A stretch of DNA of 64,000 nt, taken from Tubulanus polymorphus (Eukaryota; Animalia; Nemertea). Both the position numbers and the translations under genes were made by a program. This document shows positions 32,901 to 45,710 of the stretch, in pieces. The notes beneath the pieces were generated by a model. The model saw only the letters and a program-made list of their open reading frames with translations. It had not been told where the DNA came from and ran no database searches. The stretch spans positions 25,912,345-25,976,344 of the forward strand of contig NC_134028.1 of NCBI RefSeq assembly GCF_964204645.1, written 5' to 3'. The first letter of the stretch is position 1, and each line of letters opens with the position of its first letter.

Positions 32901-35900
32901 TTGCTGACTGGATCAGTTTTTGCCTAACAAGAAAAAATAATCCCGATCAGCAAATCCCTCTTCATAATCAAAGTAACTAAATGCATAGTTTGATTACTCG
33001 GGGAGAGGTGGCGCTTACTTACCCGTTCAACCGTTATAGAACGGCCGTGAAGTTCGGTATGATTCAGATTTTCGATACATTTTGTCGCTTCCTCAGCGGA
33101 GGACATCATCACCAGACCGAAACAGCGCGAACCCGGTGACTTCGCGTTGGTAACAACTTTCGCCCCGGCGACCTTTCACAAATAATCAAAATTCATTAGT
33201 TATAACAACAACCTAGTCAGGTTTTCCAGTGGTAAGGCCAGGGTAAAAAGAAGTACTAAGAAGGACTTTTCCCGGCAATTTTAACCCCAAAAGGAGGGAA
33301 ATTTTTGCTCGGAAAGAAGTAATTTCCAGTATAATGAGGGCCCATAAGGGAGCATTTTCGCAATGTCTTTGCCGGAATACAATAGTTGTGTAGACCAGTC
33401 ATACATTTCAGGGTGATTCCATAACACTTTCCTGTATATTCAATCTTACTGATAATTGAATTACCAGGCATGAGTAATAAAATACTTCAACAGTCGAATT
33501 TGCGACAAAATTGCACGCGAAAATACATAAAAATCAAATTTGGAAGGACTTTTTCATCCAAAGAAGGACTTAGAGTCAAAAAGAAGGACAAAGATGATGT
33601 TTGTCCAAACTTTTTCCAAAAGAAGGACTTCCTAGTAGACGGATGGAGTCGAACTCTGATCGGTGACTCTTACCTTGCCATGTTTCGTGAACAATGATTT
33701 GAGATCAGTAGCTCGAGTCGTTGCCGCTAAACCCCTCACCCACAAATTCTTTCCGCTTGTCTTCGGTTTCCCTGCAAATCACGATGAAAATCATCAGTTA
33801 TCAATCGATTTTCACGTCGAGAAACTGGCGAAATGAACTTCATATCGACCGATAGTTACCTTTGCCATCTTTAGCTGTCTTGGCGGCGTCACCGGTGCTA
33901 AAAGGAAACACATGGACAATGATGAAACAATTGTATATATTATTCGTAACATCAAATAAATGCTAGTGATTTTTCGACATTAAACGAAAAGCATCAAGCT
34001 ACTGAAGTAGAAACATTGACCGATATCTAATCGCTTTCATCAGAAATTTCGCACAATTTTTCTCCCTCCCGATCAAAATCAATTCCAGTTTTGTTCCGTC
34101 CGTCTGTTGCGCACACAAAAACAAGATTCGTAGTCCTCTTCTCCGTCATCACTGACATCGGCCATCTTTGTCTACTTCGCTGACTGTCATCAACCAGAAA
34201 CGAACACTCGATGCTCGGTGACGTGTTTTTAGATCCTGATTTTATATGATTTCGCGTAAAACTTACATCTATCACTGTAACGTATTGATCTACGCACGCA
34301 AGCGTCTCCACAACTAAACCGGTTATACTTAAATAATCAGTACTCAATACTCCCGGGAGTTACAACTAAAACCACTTTTTTAAACAATAACAATAAAGCA
34401 TAGCGCGGTTTTTTATCTATAAAGTTTCATCATACAAACCCAGGCTGGTCCGCCGACTACAAACCCAGGCTGGTCCGCCGACTACAAACCCAGGCGGGTC
34501 TGCTGACTACAAACCCAGGCGGGTCCGCCGACTACAAACCCAGGCGGGTCTGCCATCTGCGATGATCATTATATACAAGTAGAAACAAACCTCGTTTTAG
34601 TTCCATTTTCCGCCGACTTTTCTTCAGTCTTCTCTACGTCGGTTGTTTTAACTGCTGCGTCGCTTTTCGATCCGTCATCTTTCTCGCCGTTGGCGGATTT
34701 ACCGGTCGCCTCCGCCGCGACGGTCGTTTTCTCACCGGTGGCGCGAACATCGGTTTTCTCGTCGGACTTGTCGCCGTCCGGACCAGTTTTCGCTTTTTTC
34801 GCCGGCGTTCCGTAAATGTCGTAGTCCAAATCGTTTTGATCGTCGACGTGAACGACTAACGAAACGCTGTCGTCGTTTCGCGGCTCTTGCGACGTGTCCA
34901 TTTTAATCGCGTCTTCGATCGTTAACGGGTTCTTCACCGATACGTCTAACGGATCCGGCGGAGCTAACGTCGAGTCGTTCGCCGCCGTCTTATCGACTTT
35001 AACTTGCGGAGTCTTCGCTGCATTCCCCGATGATTTGTCCGTTACCGGTTCAGAAGCTACAGGAAATTCAATGCAAAATATTTGGTTGAAAAAATCTGAT
35101 TCTTATGTTTTGCTTTTTTTTTTTACATACCGGTGTGTCGGGGTTAGAATAAGAGAGGGATAGAGACCAACAACTACCCAGTCACAAAAAAAAAGGTTCA
35201 TGCAGCAAGTTTCAGGATGTTCGATGATTTGAAAGAAAAGAGTTTCCACGTTAAGAACAATACCACTAAAACAGGGAATATGAAATTATGCCTTTGCACT
35301 CAGTATGAATTATGTAAAAATCTACAGGAGGACAATCTGCACAAGATCCATTTTCTCATCCTCATCGGAATACAATAACTTTTCAAAACAGGCTGCACAA
35401 ATTTTACTTTCTACTCTTAAAGAACCTAACGTATATTGCATCAGGCTGGCTAAATGACAATTCGGCTTTTCATGCTTTTTCTGTCCACTGTACAAGCTGA
35501 AAATTATCCTCATGAATACCATGGATGGAAAGAGGCCTACTAGGAGGCGAATAGGAGGTGAATTTCATTATGTTTCAGTTGGCTTGGTTTCACATTACTG
35601 TTCGAAAAAAACCATAAACAAACGTGAAACTGCTCAGAATCTCACCATCTCAACACCAAATTGAAAAGACACATTTTCCATCAGCAATCACTTCTGTCCT
35701 GAAGAACAACAACAATTTAAAGCTGATTCCCTCTCAGCACATAATCTGTAAATGCCCATTACACAACAACCATTTTATATCAAACTGTTCCATCATCAAT
35801 ATCAATTCAGAAGAGGCTTGAACTTGAAGCCGTTAGACAAACCTCTCCCCAATCCTTCATTCTTCTTCGAGGATGACAGAACTAACTTCTGATGAGATAG

Positions 35901-37757
35901 CAGCAATATCATGAACCAGCAATTTGATAATCGATTCATTTCACATTGAATCATTTGTTTCCACCAATTTTCAACAATTCATAAAATTTCTCCACTTCAC
36001 AATGTGTTCCTTCATATGCAATGAATATCATTCATCTGCAACAGGGGGAATTAAGAATGTTCAATTCACTCCATTTCAGTAGTCATTCAAGTTTTCATGC
36101 TATGTATAACCATAAAAACATCATGACGAAATTGTTGAAATCGGAATAGCAAATCCATAACCACACCATACATGATCCTTCAACATTGGAAACCATTATC
36201 TGACTATGAAAACAGCACGTTGAATTCTTTGACTCAAGAAACAGCAATCCTATCATTTCAACCACATAACGTCTCTTCCTTGCTCTCGAAGTTTGAACCA
36301 TTCTCATTGGGGGTATCCGTTTAATTAGAACTGGTTAGTAACTAAACTCACACTCACAAATCTCTCGAGGCTTCCACAATATTTTAACACAAAAACCTTA
36401 ATTCAAAGAATTTTGCCCCATTCAAAGCTTGCGGAATTTCTGTCCCTCAAATATCACATCGAACTGAAGCGGAGAGATTTATAAGCGCGTATTTCAAACT
36501 GTTTTATGTGGAACTCTTTCTAGCATCCTGAAACGAGCTTTATCACGTAGCACTCTATAACTACCTTACCTTTCACCGGTGTCGTTTCTGTTTCCATTTT
36601 CTCATCCTAAAAAATAGCAGATATTCTTTTTCAGAAAAATACATGTAATTCCGGTGAAAAAAAAAATACAGTTTAGGCCACCTTTCAGCTCCTCATGACC
36701 TGTAAATCTCCTGATATTCTATATTTCAATATACAAAAAAATCCGAAAGGTAATCAGCGGCAGATAAATTAATTGGATTAAAATGTTACAAATGATTTTG
36801 ATAAAGAAATGATTTTGATAAAGAAATATAGAGTATAGTAAATAGCTTAAATCTAGAGCTGGGCCTGGTTCCATAGACAGGGCTTAGACTTAAGACCGGT
36901 CTGAGACAAACTTAGTTCTAGAGCCAATCTAACAACTTAACAACCAGTCTCAAGGTTTAAGACCACTTTTGGAACCGGCCCCTGATCCCCAAATATTCTA
37001 AGTTTTTAGAAAAATTTGCCAGTTTTCCAGATTTTCCAAGTTAGTGGCTGTGTGGGGCTAGGTTAGAGGAACAGTAAGTCCAACTGTAGTCGAACCATGA
37101 CATACCTCTGTGTCTTCTGGTTTGTCTGTAGAATCATCTTTTTTATCTTCACCATTCTGCAACAGAAGAAAATTGAAGCCTTTTAGCGAATTTTGAACAT
37201 TTACATGCAGTCAGGGAATGAACAAAGAATCAACATTCACCTCTTGAACCTTTTCTTTAACGTCTGTTGATGAAGCTGTAGCTGAAAGCAAAGAAATAGA
37301 GTTGAAGATAGTTCAGTTCAAACTAGTTCTGAGATCGATCAGATATTTTTCAGACTTAACTTTGCGACTGGACTTACCTTCAATCTTTCTCGGTGTCTTT
37401 TTAGCGGCGGGTGACGACACCTCAGAAACTTCAAATCGAAAAGTTTCGACGCTTTCGCCATCATCTTCCAAAGCCTAAATATAGAAAACAATGAATGTGG
37501 AAATCGATAGGTACTTTTTGGCACGCCACCTAGCGTCAATACTCGGAATCACTTCACGAGCCGTGGCACAACCCACATTTGGACCAACAAATGAACCTCA
37601 TTAAGACACTTACCTTGGTCAATCTCTCGACTAATACTGCCTTCACTCCTGCTTTCTCTAAACCACGCTTTTCTAACTGTAACCTCAGGTCAACAACTCG
37701 TAAATCTGCTAGTTTTTTACCGCTACCAGCCGCGGATTTCGCCTCCAACGACGCCAT
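26992..37757 (-). CDS. SAFB: Scaffold attachment factor B / SLTM-like protein (SAP + RRM + RE-rich)
   Basis: SAP ([31 protein letters not shown]), RRM ([25 protein letters not shown]|[50 protein letters not shown]), Arg/Glu coiled coil, C-terminal RFDAYK..RRY*. About 20 exons, several very short. Confidence 0.93.
28376..28585. mobile_element. MITE with CAGGGTGGCCAC TIRs (abundant family; relatives at ~6090, 14805, 19223, 29548, 30730, 31546)
   Basis: CAGGGTGGCCACTC..GAGTGACCACCCTG termini with internal TTTCCCTGA repeats. hAT-like ends is an inference. Confidence 0.75.
28902..29123. mobile_element. MITE with CAGGGTTCTTAC TIRs (relatives at ~1538, ~18408)
   Basis: CAGGGTTCTTACAGATC..GATCAGTAAGAACCCTG inverted termini. 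Confidence 0.8.
31940..32254. repeat. 40-bp minisatellite, 8 copies, filling most of a SAFB intron
   Basis: Unit AAAGTCATTACAGTACGGACACTCAATTCAAAACAATGAT. Copy 2 has a 5-bp deletion; the others are identical, with no spacers. Confidence 0.97.
34433..34554. repeat. 25-bp GC-rich minisatellite, ~5 copies, in a SAFB intron
   Basis: Unit TACAAACCCAGGC(T/G)GGTC(C/T)GC(C/T)GAC. Confidence 0.95.
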
Positions 37758-37865
37758 TGCTGCGGGGTTAATGTCCCGGATGTGTCACGGACTACGGACC
37801 GGAACTGTGGTCCGGTGCGTTTCAAGTCGGTGCGCGAAATACATAGCAACCGAGATAGCGTCAAA

Positions 37866-40800
37866 ATGGCGGCCATCAATAGAGTTGGATCGCCTATGCA
37901 TTACATTGAAGAAAGTTTAGAAGAATCCAGGGATGAATTAGACAGAAAAATACAAAGACTTAAGAGACGGCAAAACACTAAATCTCGTATCCTTTTCTTC
38001 TTCTTAATTTATTTCGTCAAATGATCGAAGTGAAGTTGCTGTTAATGTTGGAAGTTTTTTTTGGTCAATTTTGACATTTTTTTTGGTCAATTTATCGTTT
38101 TTTGATAGGGAGACTAGACTACTAAATAGTACAGTAGAGAATGATCGATGGAAAACACTTGACACGATTTCAATATTCTAAAATGTGTCATCCGATATCT
38201 TCCCACAGAGCTTATCGAGTTGCAAACTAAAGCAGTTCAGACCATGACAACAAACAAGGGTGCCTTGGGCTTGACTGCAAATGAAATTGAATTGTTGACA
38301 GACATTGTGGAGTAATTTAGTGTGTAGCCAAAAATGGCTGTAGCATTGCGTGGGCTTGTTGGGTAAAAATGCAGATCCGCACCTCTCGTGATTGACGCAA
38401 TCTGCTGAATGACACTGACAGAATCCTGTCTAAAATCTTTCTACTCTCTCTAAGTGAAGATATCTTAAAATTAACCAATGGCAATGTAGGCTACTGAATT
38501 GCTGATGATATTTTGAATCTGAAAAAATGATATTGAACATTATTGATTGAACCGTTTACGCGGAGAGGTGCGGATATGCACTTTTACCTGGGCTTGTTTT
38601 CTTATCGACTCTGTCTAAATCAAACACGTTTTTTTTTCGAATTGTGGTGGATTATTATTATTTTTTTTTTAACCTGATGTTGCACAGCGTTTCTTGTTGG
38701 TTCGATTGACGATGTCAGTAAACGAGTAAGTCGTTTAGATCGTAAACTGCAACATTATACGGAGCTGATCGCGGAGAGTCGTGCTTCAGATTATCCCGAA
38801 GATGAGGAGACGCACAAAGAAAAGGCAGCTACGAACACCAGAATACAAGACAGGCTAGCAAGAGGTAATTATAGTATTTTGATGATCGGCCTTCATTGTA
38901 TGACTCATAAGTTGAAATAGACATTAGGCTGATAGTTTTAATCTTAATCAAATTATCTAAATTCTCCATAAACTGTAGATTTTCTTTGAATTTTTCTTCA
39001 GAAAAGGATGCAAAAGAAGCAACTCAATTTGCCGGTCTTTATGCAATTAAGTCAAGTAAGTGTTGTTTGCAATTTCCTAATTTAATTCAATTAATTAACC
39101 ATAAATATTGTAATGCATGATGGATTCACCTACAGTAGACCCCTCACGCGACACAAGGGACCTTGTGATTTCTGCTCCAGTTCTATTGCAATGGTTCTAA
39201 CGGGTTTATGTTTAATCGCTATTAAATTCAACTTGCGTTCAGGTTAAGTCTACTGTATATATTTCACTGCATGCTACACTGTCATGCTATTTATTTTCTT
39301 TCACAATTCACATAATTATAGCGCTTGGCATCGGAACCACAGATAAGGTGAAAAAAATATCGAAAGTCAGTCTTTCACACAGCAAAACTAGTGTATGTAT
39401 GCCAGCCCTTAAACTTGTCTGATTTTTATAGAGTACATTGTCTTCCATTAATTTCCATTAATTGTTATATGTAGCAAACAGCGAAGAAGGAGACTAGCAA
39501 TAAACCAAAGTTTGTAGAACTTCATCAGTTTCCGGGCTATGAATCGAACGAACTGACTCCATTGCCCAGTGATGTTCACCCGAGACAAATCCTTGAAAAA
39601 GTCACCAGCGCTCAAAAAGATCTGAGGAAAAAGCCAACTTATCGTCAGACTTTCTCGAAGTTATTTTCATCGCAAATGTCTCAAGCAATACTTGTGGTAT
39701 GGTCATTATTAGGTTTCAATATGTCTTAAATTTTAGAGCATAGAAAACTGTATTTCATTATCTGAGTTTTGTTATTATTTTCAGGATTCATTTTGGTGGT
39801 ATTTCTTGGAGAAATTTCAAAAAGACGGTTGCGTTCAGCAGAAATTGTTCAACAGAATTGCTCATAATTATGTGAAATTAATCTTACAACCAGCTGAAAT
39901 GAAAGAAGCATTTCTACAGGTACTGTACTGAGTGAAATCTCAATATAGTAGACTACTCTTAACTCGAAAGTTTCAAGTTGAATTGTCTCTTAACACAAAG
40001 ACATATCTTACTCGAAATATCACCTTATTCAATGAAAAAAAAATTATTTGGAGTATTGGAGGAGTCTACTGTATTCCTAGTATTCTCAATCTTCAATTTT
40101 CAGTCATATCCAAGTCTTCTGGCTCAATCCGTGTATGCTACCTTCTGTGCGGCGTTTCCTGATTCGTACAGACAATTCAACGACGATTTCAAAGAAAATT
40201 TACATTGCGTTATATCGCTGTGGGTCGTCGGATTGAAACCGGCTCCGAAATCATGGAAAAAGTGGAATCTGGATGAACTCGAACCCGCAAACATTAAACT
40301 CCGCGAAGAAATGATGCAAAATAAGAATAAACCATCGAAGAAAAGTAAGTTATTATGGGAGATTGAGTCATATTTCAGAGAAGCACAGCCATTATTCACA
40401 AAGGGCTCATAGTAGTAGAGCTAGGGCAAAAGTCATTTGGGGTACCAAAGTCACGAGTAAGCACTTTTTACTTCATGAAATGTTTGTAAAAAGTTAGCAC
40501 ATTTTAAGGGCCTGAAATAATTTGTTCAAAGATAAGCACTTTGGAGACTACCCAGATTTAACTATTTCAACAAACTTCCTTTACTTTCTTGAAGAAAATA
40601 AAATCAAATTTCAAGGTAACTGGCTTCCCTGAAAGGCAATATTTTATTCATAATCATATTAAACTCGATCCATATCTATCTAGGTTCGAGCACGATGACA
40701 TTCGATTTGGACATTCCAAGTCATCATTCTTCGCAGACGACATTGAATTCAAATCGCAGTACAAGCAGCAAACATTCATCGACTCATCGATCGATCGGTG

Positions 40801-42556
40801 CAGCGGCGCATCCGCTCAGAGGAATATTACGAGATACCGATGAAATTGAGACGGTAGCCGACGCCCAAAATCATCACCAAAAACGTGTTTTACTTCGCAG
40901 TAGAGGACAAAATATCGACGAATTACAACCCGACGATGAAATAGAAGATAAATCGTCGTACCACGCTTCTAATAGTAACAAAGGAGGAAATCGGAAATCC
41001 GACGAATTCTGGAATTCTTCATTTAAGAAGAAAAGGGAAGTAAGTCGATGTAATGAATGTGGTTATCTCTGACACGAGTAGGGTCTTCTGTTTCGATGAA
41101 AGCTCATAATACATGTATTGTTATACAGTAGACTCCTAACTCAAATCAATTAGGAGCAGAGATTTGTGTTCAAGGTGATAATTAGGAGTCAGACTGTAAA
41201 ATTTCACACACATTCCATTTCAATGGTTCTAAAATTTGTTTTCGAGAAGTGATAATTTGTCTTAGAAGCATTGGAATAATTTAGGAGTCTACTGTTTTTT
41301 CAAGAATATCATAGTTTCAGTAGTAAGAATCGGAATCATTATTTTGTAGTCACATCCAGCTTGTAAAGGTCCAGACTTTACGAAACTCGTGTTCAACATT
41401 AGGGGACAATCGCCTCTCGTCGCGCAGGTGATGAGAATGAAAAACCTGCGTCAACAATCAGGCTGCGATATCAAAATACAACGAACAGAGATACACAATC
41501 TTCCTCCATATCCTTTACTTAAATCTCTGTGACTCAATTTCACCCAAAGTTAACTCAAAAATGAACTGATTTAACTCTTATTCATACATAACTGTGGAAC
41601 CGGCTCCTGTAAAATAGATCTTCACATATTATGCCTATAATCTGTTTCATGTTTCATAAGTAGGGCTAAAAAATTGATACCTTGATACCCGGAAAGTTTT
41701 AACCGGCCGGCCACCTATCTGTCCTGCACATTACTTTCTTTTTAAACCCAGTAGCTACCGAGATGAACTAATTACAAATTTTATTGCATTTTACGAAAGT
41801 GACCCAGCCGATTAGGAGAAACAAGATATCAATTCTTTTAAGCCTTGGATTCCATATACTAGCCCACTCATTCAATCATCGCGATAATCCTTAACTCAAT
41901 TGTACTGAAGGTTCGAGAACTTATATGGATCTAATCCAAGAATCATTCAAGGGAGTAACTAAACGCAGTAAAGAATTCGAACAGTAAGTCACTAAGCGAA
42001 GAACATTGTAATTATGGTAGACATTTGATGATGAGATGTTTGTAATTGAAGGCATGAAATTCGATTTTAGAATGTATGAGAATGGAAAGAAAGAATGGGG
42101 CTCGTATCTGAGAGATTATCATCGCAAACAGAAGGATAAAATGGCTAAGGAATCGGCATTTCTGGCGAATCCGAGAGAAGTAAAACGTATTAGTAATTTG
42201 ATCATTTTAGAACAAAGGGTAAGTTGATACAAATAGTACAGGACGTAGTTCTGAGTTAAGATTCGACTCATTGAAAATAAACTAATTTTAACTCATGAGT
42301 TTTAACTGCGGAACTGGACCTAAAATTTTAAAATTTTAGAAGTTATCAAATACAATCTTAGAACTGCGTGAATTCAATTCTACTGTCAATGACTCCTCAA
42401 ACAAAAATACCTCACTTAATTGATAAGTCTACAACAAACTCATAAACTAAATGAATTTATAATGGTATTTTTTATGGATGATTTCAGAAAGATCAGGATT
42501 CAGTGACAGCTGGAGCCGATTTAGCCCTAGAAGCTGCTCTCATGGCTCAAGAGTAA
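37866..42556 (+). CDS. FAM227A: FAM227 family protein (FWWh domain)
   Basis: MAAINRVGSPMHYIEE..SPFLVGSIDDV, VELHQFPGY, DSFWWYFLEKFQ, LFNRIAHNYV, YPSLLAQSVYATFCAAFPDSY, SHPACKGPDF..FNIRGQSPLV. Ends ..AALMAQE*. Confidence 0.85.
37987..38687 (+). other. U12-type GT-AG intron (FAM227 intron 1)
   Basis: Donor GTATCCTTT, branch-like TTTTTAAC close to CACAG. Splicing restores KSP-FLVGSIDDV. Confidence 0.8.
38361..38589. mobile_element. MITE with ~27-bp TIRs inside the U12 intron
   Basis: GGGTAAAAATGCAGATCCGCACCTCTC..GAGAGGTGCGGATATGCACTTTTACCT. Confidence 0.8.
41124..41295. mobile_element. Tc1/mariner(pogo)-type MITE (relatives at ~39131-39257, 39945-40072, 55315-55477)
   Basis: TACAGTAGACTCCTAA..TTAGGAGTCTACTGT inverted termini. 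Confidence 0.75.
41508..41905 (+). other. U12-type AT-AC intron in FAM227
   Basis: Donor ATATCCTTT, branch TCCTTAAC at ~41888-41895, acceptor TGTAC. Joined frame reads HNLPP-EGSRTYMDLIQ. Confidence 0.92.
42241..42320. mobile_element. Short palindromic MITE family (copies at ~63017-63098, 41540-41606, 43686)
   Basis: GGTCCAGTTCCACAGTT..GAGTTAA..CTCATTGAAAAT..AACTGTGGAACTGGACC pattern recurs. Confidence 0.7.
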
Positions 42557-42923
42557 CCAATCATTCATTCGTAATTTTTGTGATATTTTTCTTTTCGAAA
42601 AGTGTTGAATAAAATGTATTCATTAATCAGAAACAAACACTTAATGTCCTTATTTCCGATATATGCCAACATTTGAATTGGAGACTCAACTCTTTGAATA
42701 TCTAAAATTAATTTATTCTCATCATCAAATTATACAAAAGTCTTACCATCTATTTACAAACAATCAGTTTATGTATTTACAATCAACTTTTTCAAGGCAG
42801 TTTTATAGCATTTTGTGATTAGAATAATTGAATTACTTCCATAATTAATTCAGTTTAAGATAAATGCAAGCAAGCACAGTTTTATATCTATACATATTTT
42901 GGCTGGTGAGAATGTTATAATCA

Positions 42924-43061
42924 GGGGCCAGTTGCATAGTCATGGCTTAGACTTAAGACCAGTCTAAGACCAACTTAGTTCTATAGCCAATCTAACAACT
43001 TAAGACCAATCTTAGGATTTGAGATAACTTTTGGACTGAAGTCACGACTGTAACTGGCCCC
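42924..43061. mobile_element. MITE family with GGGGCCAGTTGCA TIRs (copies at ~36860-36982, 23922-24041, 62820-62980)
   Basis: Shared core GGCTTAGACTTAAGACCAGTCTAAGAC..TAGCCAATCTAACAACTTAA, with inverted termini. Confidence 0.85.
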
Positions 43062-43105
43062 AGATCATTATGTTAATTTACCTCGCGACGAGGAATCGGT
43101 TATTT

Positions 43106-45539
43106 TCACGCGTAGCCACAAAGAATTTCCCTTCGATGTAACTCGTAAACGTCTTTCATTTGAGGTAAGTTTCTATTCGCGTCCAACACCTGAAAATATA
43201 ATTCGAGAAATACCGGTTGTTCATTAAACACAGGCGTGAAATAAATTCAAAAGCCGAATGGAGGATGAATTCAATTCTTACCAGTACAGGAGCGGGTAGT
43301 TTGGCAACTGTTTGCTCGATCAACCATTTCTCGTGCAGATCGTGTAACTTTTCGATCAATTCCTAAATCAGACAAAAACGAAATCAAATGAAGTGATTTC
43401 GTCTGACAGAGATCTAAGACCCTCTCCATCCGTCGATATTCTCTAATATCTACTATCACTGAGTACTTACAAATGGCACACCGGAGTCTCCAGTCTCCTC
43501 TTTTCGTGCACGTTTTTGTATCCGATCGTAACATATTTCAGGGTCCGCTTTTAGATAAACTACAAACAAAGATTTTAGAGACTCGAAGATCTGGAGATTT
43601 CAATACTTCACTTAGCAATACTTAACAATACAACAGTAGAATTTAGTTAAGTTGTCATCGGATTAGTTATCAAATTAAACTTCCGGGTCAAGTTCCACAG
43701 TTTTGAGTTCAGGTCCTGTTGTCAATAGATGAATATTCTTAAATTGCGATTTGTATTTCCAATTCAATTTACTAGCCGACATGTCTTCATTTGGATAAGT
43801 TTTCAAACAATCATTAATCCACCTATTTGACTGCGCATGCATTCAAAAACAGATGAATTCACATGGTTCACTTACCAAACAGATCAACTTTTACGTCTTC
43901 GATATCAATAATAAATGAAAACCAATCCGAAAGCACTGCGTATTCCAACTCAGTGATTATACCACTGCAAAATATAATTCATCTTTCAATAATCGGCACA
44001 TTTCATCCCAGTAGTTCGATTACTAAGAAATACTTTTCTGTGAATATACGAACTTACTCCCTGTAACTGTTCTCAACGAAACAATAACGCGTGCTGTACA
44101 ACGACCTTTCTAACATTTTCACTGCTTTCTTCTACAAAACCGAAACATACAATCAGTATTCTCGAATGAATTAAACTAAGTGTGAAGAGGGTTGCAGAAA
44201 ATTCGTCATTACCGTTTTGGTGCGATGCATCTGTAGTCGCGTGAGTTGGGCGTAGTTGTTGAATGAGAAACTCCAGCGCACCGGATCCTGATACAGCAAT
44301 TCCTGAATAATCAGAAAAAAAATATCATGAAATATCGAAGTCGTTTTCTTCTTAAGGATTATTATGAATTATCCAGATGCGGATCCAAGGGAAGGGTGCA
44401 GAGGGATACCAAAAAATATTGCGCTGAAAATTTCACGGGAAAATGAAAAATATTAAACTGGTACATAAAAATGTTAAAATTCACAAGCTTGTCCTCTTTA
44501 GTTCCAAAAATGAGTTAATGATTTTCCATGAGTTTTCTATCGGGGTGCCCTTTATATGACATGCTCTATTTTGAGGGTGAACCCCTCCTTGAGTGACGGC
44601 CTAGAGCTTTCTTACCAATGCATTGTGCCCACGGAGATTGCACCATTTTTCCACTGGCTCTTTAATCGCCTGAAACAAATTGAGCAAAATTGTATAAATA
44701 TTTCAACTCTAGTCAGTAACCTGTCTGTGGTTTAGTTTCACGATCGGATATTTTCACAAACCACATAAGCCCATCCGATTATAAAAAGCTTACCACCAAC
44801 GATTAGGTAACTAACTATTTCAACTCCAGCACAAGACCAGAAAATAAAGGTTGGTTTCAGTTATTTACCTCAACCACCGGAGAATTATCAAAGAATTCAA
44901 TCAAAGTTGACTTTCCACAGCCAATATTGCCTTCTACAGATACAGTGAATTTTGACTGACGAGGAGACTTCAGATTCTTCAACAACGTCAGACAGTCTGA
45001 AAAATTTTCTAAATTTCAGTTTATCAACTTCTTTATATCGAAACGCGAGATGTTACATGTGAGAGACAACATGCTTGTTGGCGGCTGATATCATGTATAG
45101 CTACCCCATAATCTAGACCAATTAGAGACAACATTTCTTATCATTTCCTAAATATTGATTGTGATGGTTTGTTTTCATGCTTGATTTTATAACTTATGGC
45201 GCAATACATCAATATGAGACTTTGGTGGCTGAGATATAGCATTAACCTAGCCTACTAATAATAGTAGTTAGTAGGGGGACCTTTAAAATAATTTTATTGA
45301 TAATTAAAAAAAGATAATTTTTTAATATCTATCACCTGGCATCCAACCTCTATATCTTTTAAGCATATAACTTAAAAAAATTTATTGAAAAAGCCATAAT
45401 CAAAATTCGATTGAGAAGACAACGAAAGACAGTTGATTGTGATTGAATTGATTTTTGATATAAAAATTTTGCTAACAGTTAAAAATCTCATCTCACCAAT
45501 ATCAGTAACTTGCTTTTCGGTATGCCACAAACCAAGCAT
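43106..45539 (-). CDS. Deoxynucleoside kinase (dNK / TK2-like)
   Basis: Nine exons. P-loop VSVEGNIGCGKST, EPVEKW, LLYQDPVRWSFSF, ERSLYSTRYCFVEN, lid RIQKRARKEE, LHDLHEKWL, PAPVLVLDAN. Confidence 0.93.
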
Positions 45540-45681
45540 CTTTTCCTGTAGATTCCTGACGTGGCTACTAAGGTTTCTCAAGAGTTTGAAAACAATTTTG
45601 ATTTGTTTTTCGCAAGAACAAATTTCCCGGGAAAATTGTCAACGATCACAGCGCCGCCTATCGTCCGCGTTCAGAGGTCAG

Positions 45682-45697
45682 TCTTTCCTTCCGCCAT
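45682..45697 (+). promoter_or_regulatory. TCT/5'TOP pyrimidine initiator of RPL10A
   Basis: TCTTTCCTTCC followed by GCCAT, ~30 nt upstream of the ATG; typical of ribosomal protein genes. Confidence 0.7.
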
Positions 45698-45710
45698 CGT
45701 ATCCGGCAAA

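Noticed and set aside
35160-36540. Nested gene or snoRNA in the long SAFB intron
   Set aside because: Only short ORFs without motifs, and no convincing box C/D pair with a guide.
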